A DNA stretch of 63,286 nt, filler included, from Octopus bimaculoides (GCF_001194135.2; 5 parts of 4 records of this genome joined end to end with filler, not necessarily neighbours in it), one strand, 5' to 3'; positions 12,276-25,755 are shown, numbered from the whole stretch's first letter. The notes: generated by a model not told the origin, from the letters alone. Numbers and translations: made by a program.

Positions 12276-13312
12276 TAAATACGCTGATATCTATATGTAT
12301 GTACAATATAAATATATTGCAATGTATACGCGTATGTATGTATATATGTATATATTTATATATATACAAACATATATGGATATGTATGTGTACACATACA
12401 TACGCAAAAGCACACGCGCGCGTGTATATATATATCATACATGTACACATATAGACACGTACACATATNNNNNNNNNNNNNNNNNNNNNNNNNNNNNNNN
12501 NNNNNNNNNNNNNNNNNNNNNNNNNNNNNNNNNNNNNNNNNNNNNNNNNNNNNNNNNNNNNNNNNNNNNNNNNNNNNNNNNNNNNNNNNNNNNNNNNNNN
12601 NNNNNNNNNNNNNNNNNNNNNNNNNNNNNNNNNNNNNNNNNNNNNNNNNNNNNNNNNNNNNNNNNNNNNNNNNNNNNNNNNNNNNNNNNNNNNNNNNNNN
12701 NNNNNNNNNNNNNNNNNNNNNNNNNNNNNNNNNNNNNNNNNNNNNNNNNNNNNNNNNNNNNNNNNNNNNNNNNNNNNNNNNNNNNNNNNNNNNNNNNNNN
12801 NNNNNNNNNNNNNNNNNNNNNNNNNNNNNNNNNNNNNNNNNNNNNNNNNNNNNNNNNNNNNNNNNNNNNNNNNNNNNNNNNNNNNNNNNNNNNNNNNNNN
12901 NNNNNNNNNNNNNNNNNNNNNNNNNNNNNNNNNNNNNNNNNNNNNNNNNNNNNNNNNNNNNNNNNNNNNNNNNNNNNNNNNNNNNNNNNNNNNNNNNNNN
13001 NNNNNNNNNNNNNNNNNNNNNNNNNNNNNNNNNNNNNNNNNNNNNNNNNNNNNNNNNNNNNNNNNNNNNNNNNNNNNNNNNNNNNNNNNNNNNNNNNNNN
13101 NNNNNNNNNNNNNNNNNNNNNNNNNNNNNNNNNNNNNNNNNNNNNNNNNNNNNNNNNNNNNNNNNNNNNNNNNNNNNNNNNNNNNNNNNNNNNNNNNNNN
13201 NNNNNNNNNNNNNNNNNNNNNNNNNNNNNNNNNNNNNNNNNNNNNNNNNNNNNNNNNNNNNNNNNNNNNNNNNNNNNNNNNNNNNNNNNNNNNNNNNNNN
13301 NNNNNNNNNNNN

Positions 13313-13378
<66 letters not shown>

Positions 13379-13949
13379 TATCAATTGTTTAACTAAGCAG
13401 ACATAAATTTTTCCAAATGTTTTCTATAGTCCTTTGAATTAAACTGTTCTAGATGTTTATATTCCATGCATGATATCATATTTCACACAATAAAAGATAA
13501 TCGCCGTCTCTATTTAACGCACTAATGCCTGCGATAAATCCACTCAATTGCTTACACTTTCATGATCACTGACTATCCATATACGTGTGATCAGCTTTAC
13601 TGATATTAAGAGGATGAGTAAACATGGCCGCTCTGATATTTCTGCACTTCCCACCCAAGAGAAATAGTAACGTATTTATTAGAAGTCTTTTCGCTGCTTG
13701 TCTGCCACCTGAACGAAACGTTTAAGACACAGAATCTCCGAGTAAAGGCGTAGATGTCTGCAGCTAACAGCTAATAGCTGAATATATATATGCTCTTATA
13801 TAAACTTTACTCGCGGGACTAAACTAGTAATTTCATTAATGGTAATGCTCCAGCATGACCACAACCAATGGTTAAAAAACCAGTGAAAATTAAGAGTATT
13901 TATTTAATTTATAATGCATTTATTTAATTTATAAAATCTACACGTCATG

Positions 13950-14111
13950 GGCGCAGTCATAGCTATGTAGTTAAGAAACTTGCTTTGAAACGATGTGGTT
14001 TCGAGTTCAATTCCTCTCAGCGTAACCTCGGGCAACTGTTTTATATTATAACACCGGGTCGACCACTTCTCTGTGAGGGAATTTGGTTGACCGAAAGTGA
14101 GTGGAAGCCCG

Positions 14112-14120
<9 letters not shown>
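13950..14120 (+). mobile_element. SINE family C 5' half, diverged
   Basis: gagttcaattcc...gggcaa...gaagcccgtcgta followed by (CA)n. Confidence 0.6.
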
Positions 14121-14158
<38 letters not shown>

Positions 14159-14233
14159 ATATATATATATATATATATGAAATAACGAAAGTGGCTAGAC
14201 GCAATATAAAATCAAAAACGGAAAATTCAAATT

Positions 14234-14303
14234 TCACTAAAAGTGACTGAGGGTCAAGGATAACAATGTAGGTGCTACCTGCACCCTCAGTCACTTTTAG
14301 TGA
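14234..14303. repeat. Perfect 21-bp inverted repeat, 28-nt spacer
   Basis: tcactaaaagtgactgagggt / accctcagtcacttttagtga. Confidence 0.85.
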
Positions 14304-14475
14304 CAAATTTTTTCAACGAATACCGGATAGGCCACCTATACCTAGAAGCAACTCACTCAATAAGAACTCCCTACTCGAATGGACCATGATACCACAAAAC
14401 TTTAGATAATCCTATCAGGTGGCGCTATTAAGTTAGATATGGCCTGGACCAATCTTTGGTCGAAACATACCTAAG

Positions 14476-14519
<44 letters not shown>

Positions 14520-14720
14520 TATAGTTTCAGCTTAAAGCTGCGGCCATGCTATACATATGTATATATAGTGAAGGTATCAGTTAGAGGGGTTTACTTCCTC
14601 TAAGGGACAATTAAATCCAAAGTCTCTCCTGGTTATTACCTGGGTAGGTAAAGTATTTTGTATGGTTGTACGGTAGCAGGTGGTTCGGTTGGTAGACCGC
14701 AGTTTAGGTTATATACGAGA

Positions 14721-14908
14721 AGAAAATGGATGTAATAACAAGGGGAAACTCGTGGTTTTCGCCGGTATGCCTTTAATTTAATTAGATAACAAAGAAGGAA
14801 GTAAAGATGCTACCTTCATCTTTGCTTCTTTCTTCTTTGTTATCTAATTAAATTAAAGGCATACCGGCGAAAACCACGACTTTCCCCTTGTTATTACATC
14901 CATTTTCT
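14721..14908. repeat. Fold-back inverted repeat, ~90-bp arms, 7-nt loop
   Basis: 14721-14809 versus the reverse complement of 14817-14908: two substitutions and one 3-bp indel. Confidence 0.9.
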
Positions 14909-14934
14909 CCTCTCTCTCTCTCTCNNNNNNNNNN

Positions 14935-15105
14935 GTCAGGTAATGCTAAGTAGGTGCTACGGACAAACCATAGTGAAGCTCCAGGTTCGGTGATTATGCG
15001 AATAAGGAGTCCAACGTAGGTCATATGTCAACATGTGTATATATAAGAAATTTTTTTTTACATAACGAATGACAGAAAATGGTAAAAATTTTATAAGTTA
15101 TAAAT
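14935..15105. mobile_element. Second copy of the repeat at 60-230
   Basis: Same-strand alignment over ~150 bp. Confidence 0.6.
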
Positions 15106-15134
15106 ACTGGGAATGAACTGTCCGTCTAAAACGC

Positions 15135-15568
15135 TGAGACACTACTCTGCACCATGTCACACAAGCAGGAGAACCCAGTCATGGCTGTCAGACAATTTCT
15201 GCGAGCACATCACCCATAACATCTGGCCACCTAACTCCCCAGACTACAACCTCCTTGATTATTATGACTGGAGTGCAGTTGAGCGAGAGACCAACAAAAC
15301 TACTTGTAACACCAAAGATGAACTGAAGGCAAGGATTATTGCAGCTTTGACCATCCTAAACAAGGAGACCATCCAGAAGAGTTGCAGGAGATTCCAAAGT
15401 CGTCTGGAGGCCGTCGTTGAAACCAATGGCGATTTTATTGAATAAATTTACTCTTTAGTATTTCAAGATATTTTTATGTAATTTTGGTAAATATATCTGT
15501 TAAAATGAGATGTCACTGTTATTTTCATTTTTGCGTAATTTAAACAACAATTTATTCCTCCGCATTCT
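15135..15568 (+). mobile_element. Tc1/mariner transposase 3' fragment, DD37D (maT-like), with probable right end
   Basis: (Y)SAPCHTS...WPPNSPDYNLLDYYDW...LKARI...RLEAVVETNGDFIE. There are 37 residues between the mutated second Asp position and the third Asp. Confidence 0.75.
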
Positions 15569-15569
15569 G

Positions 15570-15725
<156 letters not shown>

Positions 15726-15949
15726 ATTCCCACTGCTTTCTCTCTTATTCATCCTCACATTCTACACCGAGTAATAACATAATATTGAACTTCCAACACA
15801 TTCTCTTTTAGTTAAAGTGTATAAGTGGATGATAACCAGCCATTAAAAGTATAATTCTCATAGTTATGTATTATCCCTTCAAGCTGCAATCATAAAATAT
15901 TCCACGTAAGGTTTCTTAACAGGTTTCGTTGTATCAATAATTATACCAA

Positions 15950-15950
15950 G

Positions 15951-15993
<43 letters not shown>

Positions 15994-16013
15994 TAGTAAT
16001 AATTATTATTTTT

Positions 16014-16096
<83 letters not shown>

Positions 16097-16144
16097 CATT
16101 AATCAGATTATACATTTACAATATAATTTCTAATAGTAAATCAT

Positions 16145-16202
<58 letters not shown>

Positions 16203-16213
16203 TATTTCTATAC

Positions 16214-16282
<69 letters not shown>

Positions 16283-16700
16283 CATATACATATACATACA
16301 TATATATATGTATACACCCACACACACATATATAATTATATCTACGTACGTATACGCATATATAATTATATATATCATTATATGCATATACACGTATACA
16401 AATATATTCTGCATATAATTATAAATGTGCATAACCATATAAACAAATATATTATGCATGTAGTTATATGTAGATACACACATACATACACACATATATG
16501 TGTGCATAATTATACACATAATTATGCGTAAACACGCACACATATTACAACACGCTCACACACACACACACACACATATATTCACGTATTTGTACATCTA
16601 ATTGTACATACGCATATATGCATACATAATTATATATAATTAAATATACACGTAAATGTATATATATATATATTTATATATAATATGTATGTATGTATAT
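15950..16700 (+). repeat. Compound microsatellite block: (AAT)n then (TAT)n, (TA)n, (CA)n
   Basis: Direct reading. The AAT/TAT junction is self-complementary. Confidence 0.9.
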
Positions 16701-16805
16701 ATATATGTATATAGTTAAGGAGAAAAAGAGGAGGAAGAGAGTCAGAGAGAGGCCAAAATAAACAGATAAAGAAATATCTAAGAATGAGATAGAAAGAGAA
16801 AGAGT

Positions 16806-16857
<52 letters not shown>

Positions 16858-18327
16858 GAAAGAGAGAGATAGAGAGAGAGAGAGAGAGGGAAGGAAGAAG
16901 AGATTACAGTTCGATTAGAGTCTATACGCTTGAGCTATGAGCAAGGATGAATGCAATTACTGCCGAGACTCATACACGATCGAGGTACGAATAAATTGGT
17001 AACAAACTCAGTATGCAAGACTTGGGTAGTCGACTTAATATTGCAGAAGTTAGGAGAACAAAAGAATTGTGATAAAATATTCAATGAACCAACTTTTATC
17101 TTCTCCGGGGAAAGAATTGCTTATATTCATTAGAAAGCGTTACGCATCTCTTTATAAATGTATGTGATCATATCTTTTCTTGTGTTTATTCGACATTTGC
17201 TGGTGGTTCGTGTCGAAATTCCTTAATTTTAGCCTCTTTCAGTTGCACGGTGAAGATAAGGAAATTACAGAAGAATTGTAGAATGATTTATTTCCATTCT
17301 ACAATCAATAGCCATACCAGTTTCCTTTTAAACTGGCCTTTATATTTGCACAAAAGATTGCACAATACATTTTTCACGTAATCTATATAATGGAAGTTAA
17401 TTCAGTTCTACAGTTCTTAGAAAATCTATGGTTAGATGAATTTCAAGAAATAGAAGATGAAAGTGAGAGAGAGAAGGAGGGAGAGAGGGAGAGAGAACGG
17501 GAGAAAGTGATAGATAGATAGATAGATAGAGAGAAAGGAGGGGGCGGAAAGAAAAAATAAGATTAATAAATAAATCAACCATAATAAATAATAAAAAAAA
17601 GACGAATACTAAAAATAATAAAAACAATAACAAAATAAGAGATTTTAATGTGAATGTATCTGAAAATTTCTCTTCGGAATCTGATATTAGTTTTTACACA
17701 TTAAGAATTCATTTTATTCTATGAAGGAATTTCTTCGACACGAATCATGGTTTTATTTATTTATTTATTTATTTATTTGTTTATTTGGTTCTTTTCACTT
17801 ATTTTTCAAAATATAGTTCTTCATTGTGTGATGAACTCTATAGCGAAAGATAGATAAATAGATAGACAGATAGGGAGAGTGTAGCGGGAGAGAGAAAGAG
17901 AATAGTGGAAGAGAGAGNNNNNNNNNNGAGAGAGAGAGAGAGGATGTAGTGGGAAAGAATAGTGAGAGAAATAGAGATAGGGAAAGCGATAGAGAGGAGA
18001 GAGATTAAGCCCATGGTGCGCCGAGCTGGCGACACATTTTCGATTCTGCTATGAAAATATATTTTTTTTTAATTTAAAAAATACAAAAACTTTACTTACT
18101 TATAATCCTAATTAATGCATTTCATTTCTCATGGGTCGATAAAATAAAGGAAAACTTACCACTCGCAGACTGGTTCCGATGGTGCCACTATTCTTTCTTA
18201 TAAATTTCTAGCCTTTCGCCGTGTGATATCAACATAAAAAATCAAATTTTCAGTTTTGTCGCTGTAACATTTTGAGTTCAAATTCCACCTGGAAACGGCT
18301 AAGATCGTCGGTAGATCTTTTCTAATT

Positions 18328-18530
18328 TTTGCACAAGGCCAGTAGATTAAAGGATTGAATTGTAATCCCTTACATTGATCCCAGGGTTCAACCGTTCCTT
18401 ATTTTATCGACTTCGAAAGAATTAAAGGCAAAGTCAAATTCGGTGACAATTGAACTTAGAATGTAAAGAGCCGGAAGAAATGTCCCTAAGCGTTTCGTCC
18501 GGCACAGTAACGATTCTGCTAGCTCACCGA
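18328..18530 (-). mobile_element. SINE family B, diverged
   Basis: gcacaaggcc...ttatcgac.tcgaaag...aaaggcaaagtc...ctgctagctcaccg. Confidence 0.7.
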
Positions 18531-18589
18531 ATTGTAAAAAAGAAGTAAAATAAGTCTCCTGGATATTACTCTTTCGAGTCCTTGGGCTC

Positions 18590-18800
18590 ATAGGGACCGT
18601 TACCCTGTTTTCATGATGTAGAAGTGGCTGAGATCACCGCGTTACCACTGAACGTGGGACGCCAGTCCAACGTAAGGTTACACATTTATAGCTGAGTGGA
18701 CTGAAGCAGCTTGAAATGAATAATGCACCGCCCAGTCCAGGAATCGAAACCACGATGTTATGGTTGGGACTGCAACACCCAAACCACAAGACCATGTGCT
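18590..18800 (-). mobile_element. Diverged SINE sharing the gctgagtggactg module and tRNA head with family A
   Basis: gctgagtggactgaagcagc...ccaggaatcgaaaccacgat. Confidence 0.55.
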
Positions 18801-19129
18801 TTTTTCATTCGTCGCCGGCAAATGGGACGATTTTTCACCAACGCCGCCATTGAGGTTGAAGCGATAGACGAAACGGTTTTTAATTCATGGCTGTAACAGC
18901 GAATTGTTTGGCAATTGTGCTTCGTAATGTTTTGTATGTCAGTGAACGTCTGGTTAGCAAAAAAAAAAAAAAAAATGAATAAAGATAAAATTTCTTAGTT
19001 TTTGGCATTCATACAGCTACCACCAATGAAAAATATTTGTTGTTTCTGTTTCAACAGAAGATGGCCCATATATAACAATAATGGTGTTTTGCCTCCTCCT
19101 CCTCCTCCTCCTTCTCGTCATCATCATCA

Positions 19130-19165
<36 letters not shown>

Positions 19166-19217
19166 GAATTATTATTATTATTGTTATTATTATTATTATT
19201 AGTAGTAGTAGTAGAAA

Positions 19218-19332
19218 GGATGGTGAGCTGGCAGAATCGTTAGCACGCTGGACGAAATGCTTAGCGGTATTTCTCCCGTCGCTACGTTCTGAGTTCAAAT
19301 TCCGTCAAGGTCGACTTTGCCATTCACTTTCG
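19218..19332 (+). mobile_element. SINE family B 5' half
   Basis: ggtgagctggcagaatcgttagcacg...gagttcaaattccg...gtcgactttgcc. Confidence 0.75.
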
Positions 19333-19639
19333 AGATTCGCTGAAATCATCATCATCATCATCACCACCACCATCATCATCATCATCATCATCATCATCAC
19401 CACCGTCGTTTGTTTCTAACATAAGCACAAAAAATGAATTTGGAGGAGATGAATAGTCAAATGGAACTGAACTCTGGACTTTCGTTTATCGAACTCCGAA
19501 CGGGTAAAAGTAAAGCTGAGGCCGGTGGGATATGAACCCCGAACTTTCATAGTCTTAACTCCCCACCGCAAGGCATTTTGAGCGATTCTACCAATCTATC
19601 ATCACCTTCTCAGATCACAGTAATAACTGTTTCAAACGC

Positions 19640-19820
19640 GGGTACAAAACCACAAATTAAGAGGAGTAAATTAGCCCCAGTACTTGACTAATACTTTATT
19701 TTATCGACTCCAGGAAGGAGGGAGTTGAAATTAATTTCAGAGGGATTTGTACACAGATTGCAAAAAGCCGGATCGAAAAATGTAAAGCATTTTATCCGAC
19801 GCTCTAACGATTCTGCTGAT
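19640..19820 (-). mobile_element. SINE family B, diverged
   Basis: ccccagtacttgact...tttatcgactcc...ctctaacgattctgc. Confidence 0.55.
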
Positions 19821-19829
19821 CTAACACGC

Positions 19830-20225
19830 AACAACGACAATGTACAGGATTTAACAGCGATAACGCATGCCACTTAATAAAACGATAATGTACAAGGTTT
19901 AACATCGATAATGTACAACATTTAACAGAGATAATGTGCGACACTTAACAGAGATAATGTGCGACACGTAACGGACAGTACTTAGCAAACTCAAATATAC
20001 AGCACCTAACTATGATAACGTATAATACTGGACACTACAAGCAGAAAATATTATTACTGCTAGAGTGTAACATTTAACATTGCCAGCGAGTAACATTTCT
20101 AACGCGTAACATCTAACGTTGCAAGCGTGTGACAATTATGTGGGTGTATAACTTTTAATATTTCCAGCACGTAACACTTAACGCTACCAGTGTACTCAAC
20201 ACTTAACACTGCCAGTGTATAACAG
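19830..20225 (+). repeat. Degenerate ~22-23-bp minisatellite, two sub-arrays
   Basis: ttaacagagataatgtgcgacac-like units (19830-19975), then taacacttaacactgccagtgt-like units (20050-20225). Confidence 0.6.
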
Positions 20226-20261
20226 GAAAAGTGCTAGCGTTCAGTACAAAACACTACGGAT

Positions 20262-20455
20262 TTTCTTTTATTCTTTTATTCTTTTACTTGTTTCAGTTAT
20301 CTGACTGCAGCAATGCTGGAGCACTGCCGATAGTCGAACAGATCGATCCCAGGACTTATTCTTTATAAGCCTGGTACGTTTTCTGTCGGTACCTTTTGCC
20401 GAACCGCTAGATTTCAGGTACGTAAATACACCAGCATCGGTTGTCAAGCGATAGT

Positions 20456-20486
<31 letters not shown>

Positions 20487-20489
20487 ACA

Positions 20490-20536
<47 letters not shown>

Positions 20537-20680
20537 ACACACACATGACGGGCTTCTTTCGGTTTCCGTCTACCAAATCCACTCATAAGGTCGGCCAGAG
20601 GCTATAGTAGAAGACACTTGCCTAAGGTTCCATGTAGTGGGATTGAATCTGGAACCACGTGGTTGGTAAGCAAGCTTCTT
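20262..20680 (-). mobile_element. SINE family C with expanded internal (CA)n
   Basis: Reverse complement of 3261-3660. Confidence 0.82.
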
Positions 20681-21461
20681 TATTTCATAGAAATTGTCCA
20701 TAAAAGCCTTACATAGAGGGAGCAGTACAAGGTGGCGACAAAAAAAACAACAACAAAAACAACACGCTTCCTCCTCCCAGCTATGTCAAGGTAGAGCTTG
20801 CTAGAACAGCAGGTAAATCTTCATCAAATCACACCTTATTAATCAAAGAAAGAACACGTTGTATAATGTATTCCTAGATGCATTATTTGAAACTAATATG
20901 TCCCAGTGGCGATATCGTCCGAACCCTCGCCGCCATTCATATGTCCTATCATGGCGACGTATTTCGCCGTCTCTGCTGGACTGATCCGAACGGCGTACCT
21001 TCACCAACCCACATTACTGACTGTGTCAGTCCACTATTTATTAGTAGTAGACCAGCTCACTTCTCGCATGGGGGCGTCCGCCACAACAGAAAATAAAATA
21101 GACCGGTCATGGTTGGAACGCTTTGATCATAGATTTCTATGTTTGATAGATGATACTTGGACTTTATCCATAAAGCAACAACCATAATTACAGCATCACA
21201 AAACTGTGTAACCCATAACAATATAGAAAAGTATAAGATTATTTTCTTCAGAAATTTAATAAAATGTACACGAAGATGGACTCAAGATCTGTATTGTGTT
21301 GGTAGACAAGACCTTATTCACTTAACTCTTTCACCTTAATATTATTGCTTACGTAGTTTTTCTCATTACTGAATTGCTCTAAAAATTTGATTACAGTAAT
21401 TGTAGTCTGAGCTGCAATTTATAACACAGGACAACACACATACATGTACACACAGAAACAG

Positions 21462-21509
<48 letters not shown>

Positions 21510-21625
21510 ATGTATGTGTGTTGTCCCATATATATTTATATATATATATATTTATATATATACATATATATGTAAATCATATGTATATATATATCTATAT
21601 ACATATGTATATACATGTTTCTGTT

Positions 21626-21656
<31 letters not shown>

Positions 21657-22646
21657 NNNNNNNNNNNNNNNNNNNNNNNNNNNNNNNNNNNNNNNNNNNN
21701 NNNNNNNNNNNNNNNNNNNNNNNNNNNNNNNNNNNNNNNNNNNNNNNNNNNNNNNNNNNNNNNNNNNNNNNNNNNNNNNNNNNNNNNNNNNNNNNNNNNN
21801 NNNNNNNNNNNNNNNNNNNNNNNNNNNNNNNNNNNNNNNNNNNNNNNNNNNNNNNNNNNNNNNNNNNNNNNNNNNNNNNNNNNNNNNNNNNNNNNNNNNN
21901 NNNNNNNNNNNNNNNNNNNNNNNNNNNNNNNNNNNNNNNNNNNNNNNNNNNNNNNNNNNNNNNNNNNNNNNNNNNNNNNNNNNNNNNNNNNNNNNNNNNN
22001 NNNNNNNNNNNNNNNNNNNNNNNNNNNNNNNNNNNNNNNNNNNNNNNNNNNNNNNNNNNNNNNNNNNNNNNNNNNNNNNNNNNNNNNNNNNNNNNNNNNN
22101 NNNNNNNNNNNNNNNNNNNNNNNNNNNNNNNNNNNNNNNNNNNNNNNNNNNNNNNNNNNNNNNNNNNNNNNNNNNNNNNNNNNNNNNNNNNNNNNNNNNN
22201 NNNNNNNNNNNNNNNNNNNNNNNNNNNNNNNNNNNNNNNNNNNNNNNNNNNNNNNNNNNNNNNNNNNNNNNNNNNNNNNNNNNNNNNNNNNNNNNNNNNN
22301 NNNNNNNNNNNNNNNNNNNNNNNNNNNNNNNNNNNNNNNNNNNNNNNNNNNNNNNNNNNNNNNNNNNNNNNNNNNNNNNNNNNNNNNNNNNNNNNNNNNN
22401 NNNNNNNNNNNNNNNNNNNNNNNNNNNNNNNNNNNNNNNNNNNNNNNNNNNNNNNNNNNNNNNNNNNNNNNNNNNNNNNNNNNNNNNNNNNNNNNNNNNN
22501 NNNNNNNNNNNNNNNNNNNNNNNNNNNNNNNNNNNNNNNNNNNNNNNNNNNNNNNNNNNNNNNNNNNNNNNNNNTTGTGTTTACGTATATATATATGTAT
22601 ATATATATATATATGTGTGTGTATGTATGTATGTATTATCTATCTG

Positions 22647-22691
<45 letters not shown>

Positions 22692-23244
22692 ATCAACTTA
22701 GGTAGGTTCTTTCTCTGAGTAATTTACGTTCTTTTTTTTTTCTCTTTTCTTTACTTTCTTTCTGAAATGTAATCCTTCAGATAATTTAACTTTCCCAGAA
22801 AAATAACCCTAACCTATAAAATCGCTGTAAATTCCCATAAATAACTTCTCAACATTGGAACACATTTAACGGGGGGAAATTTTCCGATGGAAAATTTTTC
22901 TTTTTCTTGAATATTTTATTCCCCGTTTGACAATTCGGCAATTTAAAATGTCTGCGATGTTAGAAAGTGGACTCAAAATAAACGATTCTATATACGGTAA
23001 CCAATCAAACTGACGGAAAATTCTGCCATTAGATACAGTTTCTTTCATAAATATTTAGAAACACTAGTCGATAAAATATTTAACGGATCAAGCTATTAAA
23101 GAAATCTTTAAGGAATCATTCTACGTTTACTTTTTTTGTTACTTAAAACCATTGAGTGCTCGATGCACGCTTTGAAGTAAAATGTTTAAAGTTTAGTTAG
23201 TGTTCACGCACGCACGCTCATACACGAACAAGCGCTCATACTAG

Positions 23245-23567
23245 AACTCCGTCTGCTGCAACGGTGAGGGTTCCAGTTGATCCGATCAACGGAACAGCCT
23301 GCTCGTGAAATTAAGATGCAAATGACTGAGCATTCCACAGTCACGTGTACTCCTATCGTAGATTTCAGGGAGATTCGGAGTGACACAGAATGTGGCAAAG
23401 CTGGCCCTTTGAAATACAGGTACTACTCATTTTTGCCAGCTGAGTGGATTGGAGCAACGTGAAATAAAGTGTCTCGTTCAAGGCGACAATGTGCTGCCGG
23501 GAACTCACAGTATTACGATCGTTAACCGAATACACAAACATTACGATCGTTAACCGAATAAACAAAC
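23245..23567 (-). mobile_element. SINE family A variant 1, first of a tandem pair
   Basis: Aligns to 2391-2714. Confidence 0.8.
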
Positions 23568-23591
23568 ATTGCCTGCTAGCAATGAAGGAAG

Positions 23592-23910
23592 GAGTACTCC
23601 GTTGCTTATGACGAAGAGGGTCCCAGCTGATATGATCAATGAAATAGCCTGCTTGTGAAATTAACGTGCAAGTGACTGAGCAATCCACAGTCACGTGTAC
23701 CCCTAACCTATTTGTCAGGGAGACTCAGCATGACAAATAGCGTGACAAGGCTGGCCCTTTGAAATACAGGTACTACTCATTTTTGCCAGCTGAGCGAACT
23801 GGAGCAACGTGAACTAAAGTGTCTTACTCAAGGCGACAATGTGCCGCCGGGAACTCACAGTATTACGATCGTTAACCGAATACACAAACTAATAAGTCAC
23901 ACATCTTCAC
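23592..23910 (-). mobile_element. SINE family A variant 1, second of a tandem pair
   Basis: Aligns to 2391-2714 and 23245-23567. Confidence 0.8.
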
Positions 23911-25094
23911 TTCACGCAGTCATACACTCACACACGCTCATACACACATACACGCAGACACGTGTATAATATTTCAGACACATTAATGAATACAGGTGAC
24001 TGCTCGAAACCTTCAGATATGAGTAATAAATCTGGTTTGCCAACACGCGATTGCAATGGACGCCTCACAGATATAACTCAGGTCTGTATTGAGCACTTTG
24101 CACCAGAACACAAATCAACACTGCCCACACATCCCTACACATTCTAGTCTGCACATACCATATATCTATGCGACTGACTGAAGAAGATTTACGCAGCAAC
24201 GTGCCACAAACACTGGTTCAATGACGTCATATTTATTCAATACGCTACCTGACCATGTATTGCCGAACGATTCCTTCCCAGAATTGCAACCGTCTCATAT
24301 GTGATTATATATATATATATATATNNNNNNNNNNNNNNNNNNNNNNNNNNNNNNNNNNNNNNNNNNNNNNNNNNNNNNNNNNNNNNNNNNNNNNNNNNNN
24401 NNNNNNNNNNNNNNNNNNNNNNNNNNNNNNNNNNNNNNNNNNNNNNNNNNNNNNNNNNNNNNNNNNNNNNNNNNNNNNNNNNNNNNNNNNNNNNNNNNNN
24501 NNNNNNNNNNNNNNNNNNNNNNNNNNNNNNNNNNNNNNNNNNNNNNNNNNNNNNNNNNNNNNNNNNNNNNNNNNNNNNNNNNNNNNNNNNNNNNNNNNNN
24601 NNNNNNNNNNNNNNNNNNNNNNNNNNNNNNNNNNNNNNNNNNNNNNNNNNNNNNNNNNNNNNNNNNNNNNNNNNNNNNNNNNNNNNNNNNNNNNNNNNNN
24701 NNNNNNNNNNNNNNNNNNNNNNNNNNNNNNNNNNNNNNNNNNNNNNNNNNNNNNNNNNNNNNNNNNNNNNNNNNNNNNNNNNNNNNNNNNNNNNNNNNNN
24801 NNNNNNNNNNNNNNNNNNNNNNNNNNNNNNNNNNNNNNNNNNNNNNNNNNNNNNNNNNNNNNNNNNNNNNNNNNNNNNNNNNNNNNNNNNNNNNNNNNNN
24901 NNNNNNNNNNNNNNNNNNNNNNNNNNNNNNNNNNNNNNNNNNNNNNNNNNNNNNNNNNNNNNNNNNNNNNNNNNNNNNNNNNNNNNNNNNNNNNNNNNNN
25001 NNNNNNNNNNNNNNNNNNNNNNNNNNNNNNNNNNNNNNNNNNNNNNNNNNNNNNNNNNNNNNNNNNNNNNNNNNNNNNNNNNNNNNNNNNNNNN

Positions 25095-25486
25095 ACGAAA
25101 CCAATGGTTACAAAATGTGGACGTCCAAACTGTGGAACATGCCCAAACCTGCAGGAAGGCTCGGAATTCCTATTCAAACAAAATTAAAGCCAACTTCACT
25201 TGTGCCTCTGAGAATCTAATTTATGTTATAACTTGTTCCGGTTGTGGACATAACTATATAGGACAGACAAGTAAGCACTTAGACGGAGGAACACACTACA
25301 TAAGGAACAGATCCGTTTACCATAGTACAGACAGATTCCTTTGAGTGAATACATAGAGAGATGTGCAGGTAATATTCAATTTTCCCCACCTGCCAGTGCA
25401 TAGAAACAATTTCTGTGCAAGAACGTTTAAATGAAGAAAATTTATTTCTTGAAAAATACAGAACACGCCTAACTATGAACGCATAA
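25095..25486 (+). mobile_element. Penelope-like retroelement GIY-YIG endonuclease fragment with Cys-rich linker (Neptune-like), frameshifted
   Basis: Joining frames gives KCGRPNCGTC...FTCASENLIYVITCSGCGHNYIGQT...RRRNTLHKEQI...ERLNEENLFLEKY: a GIY-YIG signature (NLIY...YIG) with CxxC. The 5' side runs into a gap. Confidence 0.8.
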
Positions 25487-25755
25487 CCAATTTTCATCAC
25501 AGTATATATTTCAATTCATGTTCACATGTACATCACTGTAAATATTTCATCCCACTGCTTTAGATCTTGAGTTTTTGAATACTTATTTACCTCTCCCCCC
25601 AAAATGAGCAATTACCTCCCCTGTCTCGAATAATAATGATCACCTACTACCTCCCCTTAGATTTTTCTACCAGTTGATTCATTTCATTCACAAATCCCCA
25701 TACAAAACATGGACTAAAATTTTCTTAAGAAAATACGAAAATACAATAATGTCAA

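Noticed and set aside
14446-14466. GACCAA/UUGGUC hairpin followed by GAAAC
   Set aside because: The CUGANGA core and cleavage triplet are missing; at most a relic.
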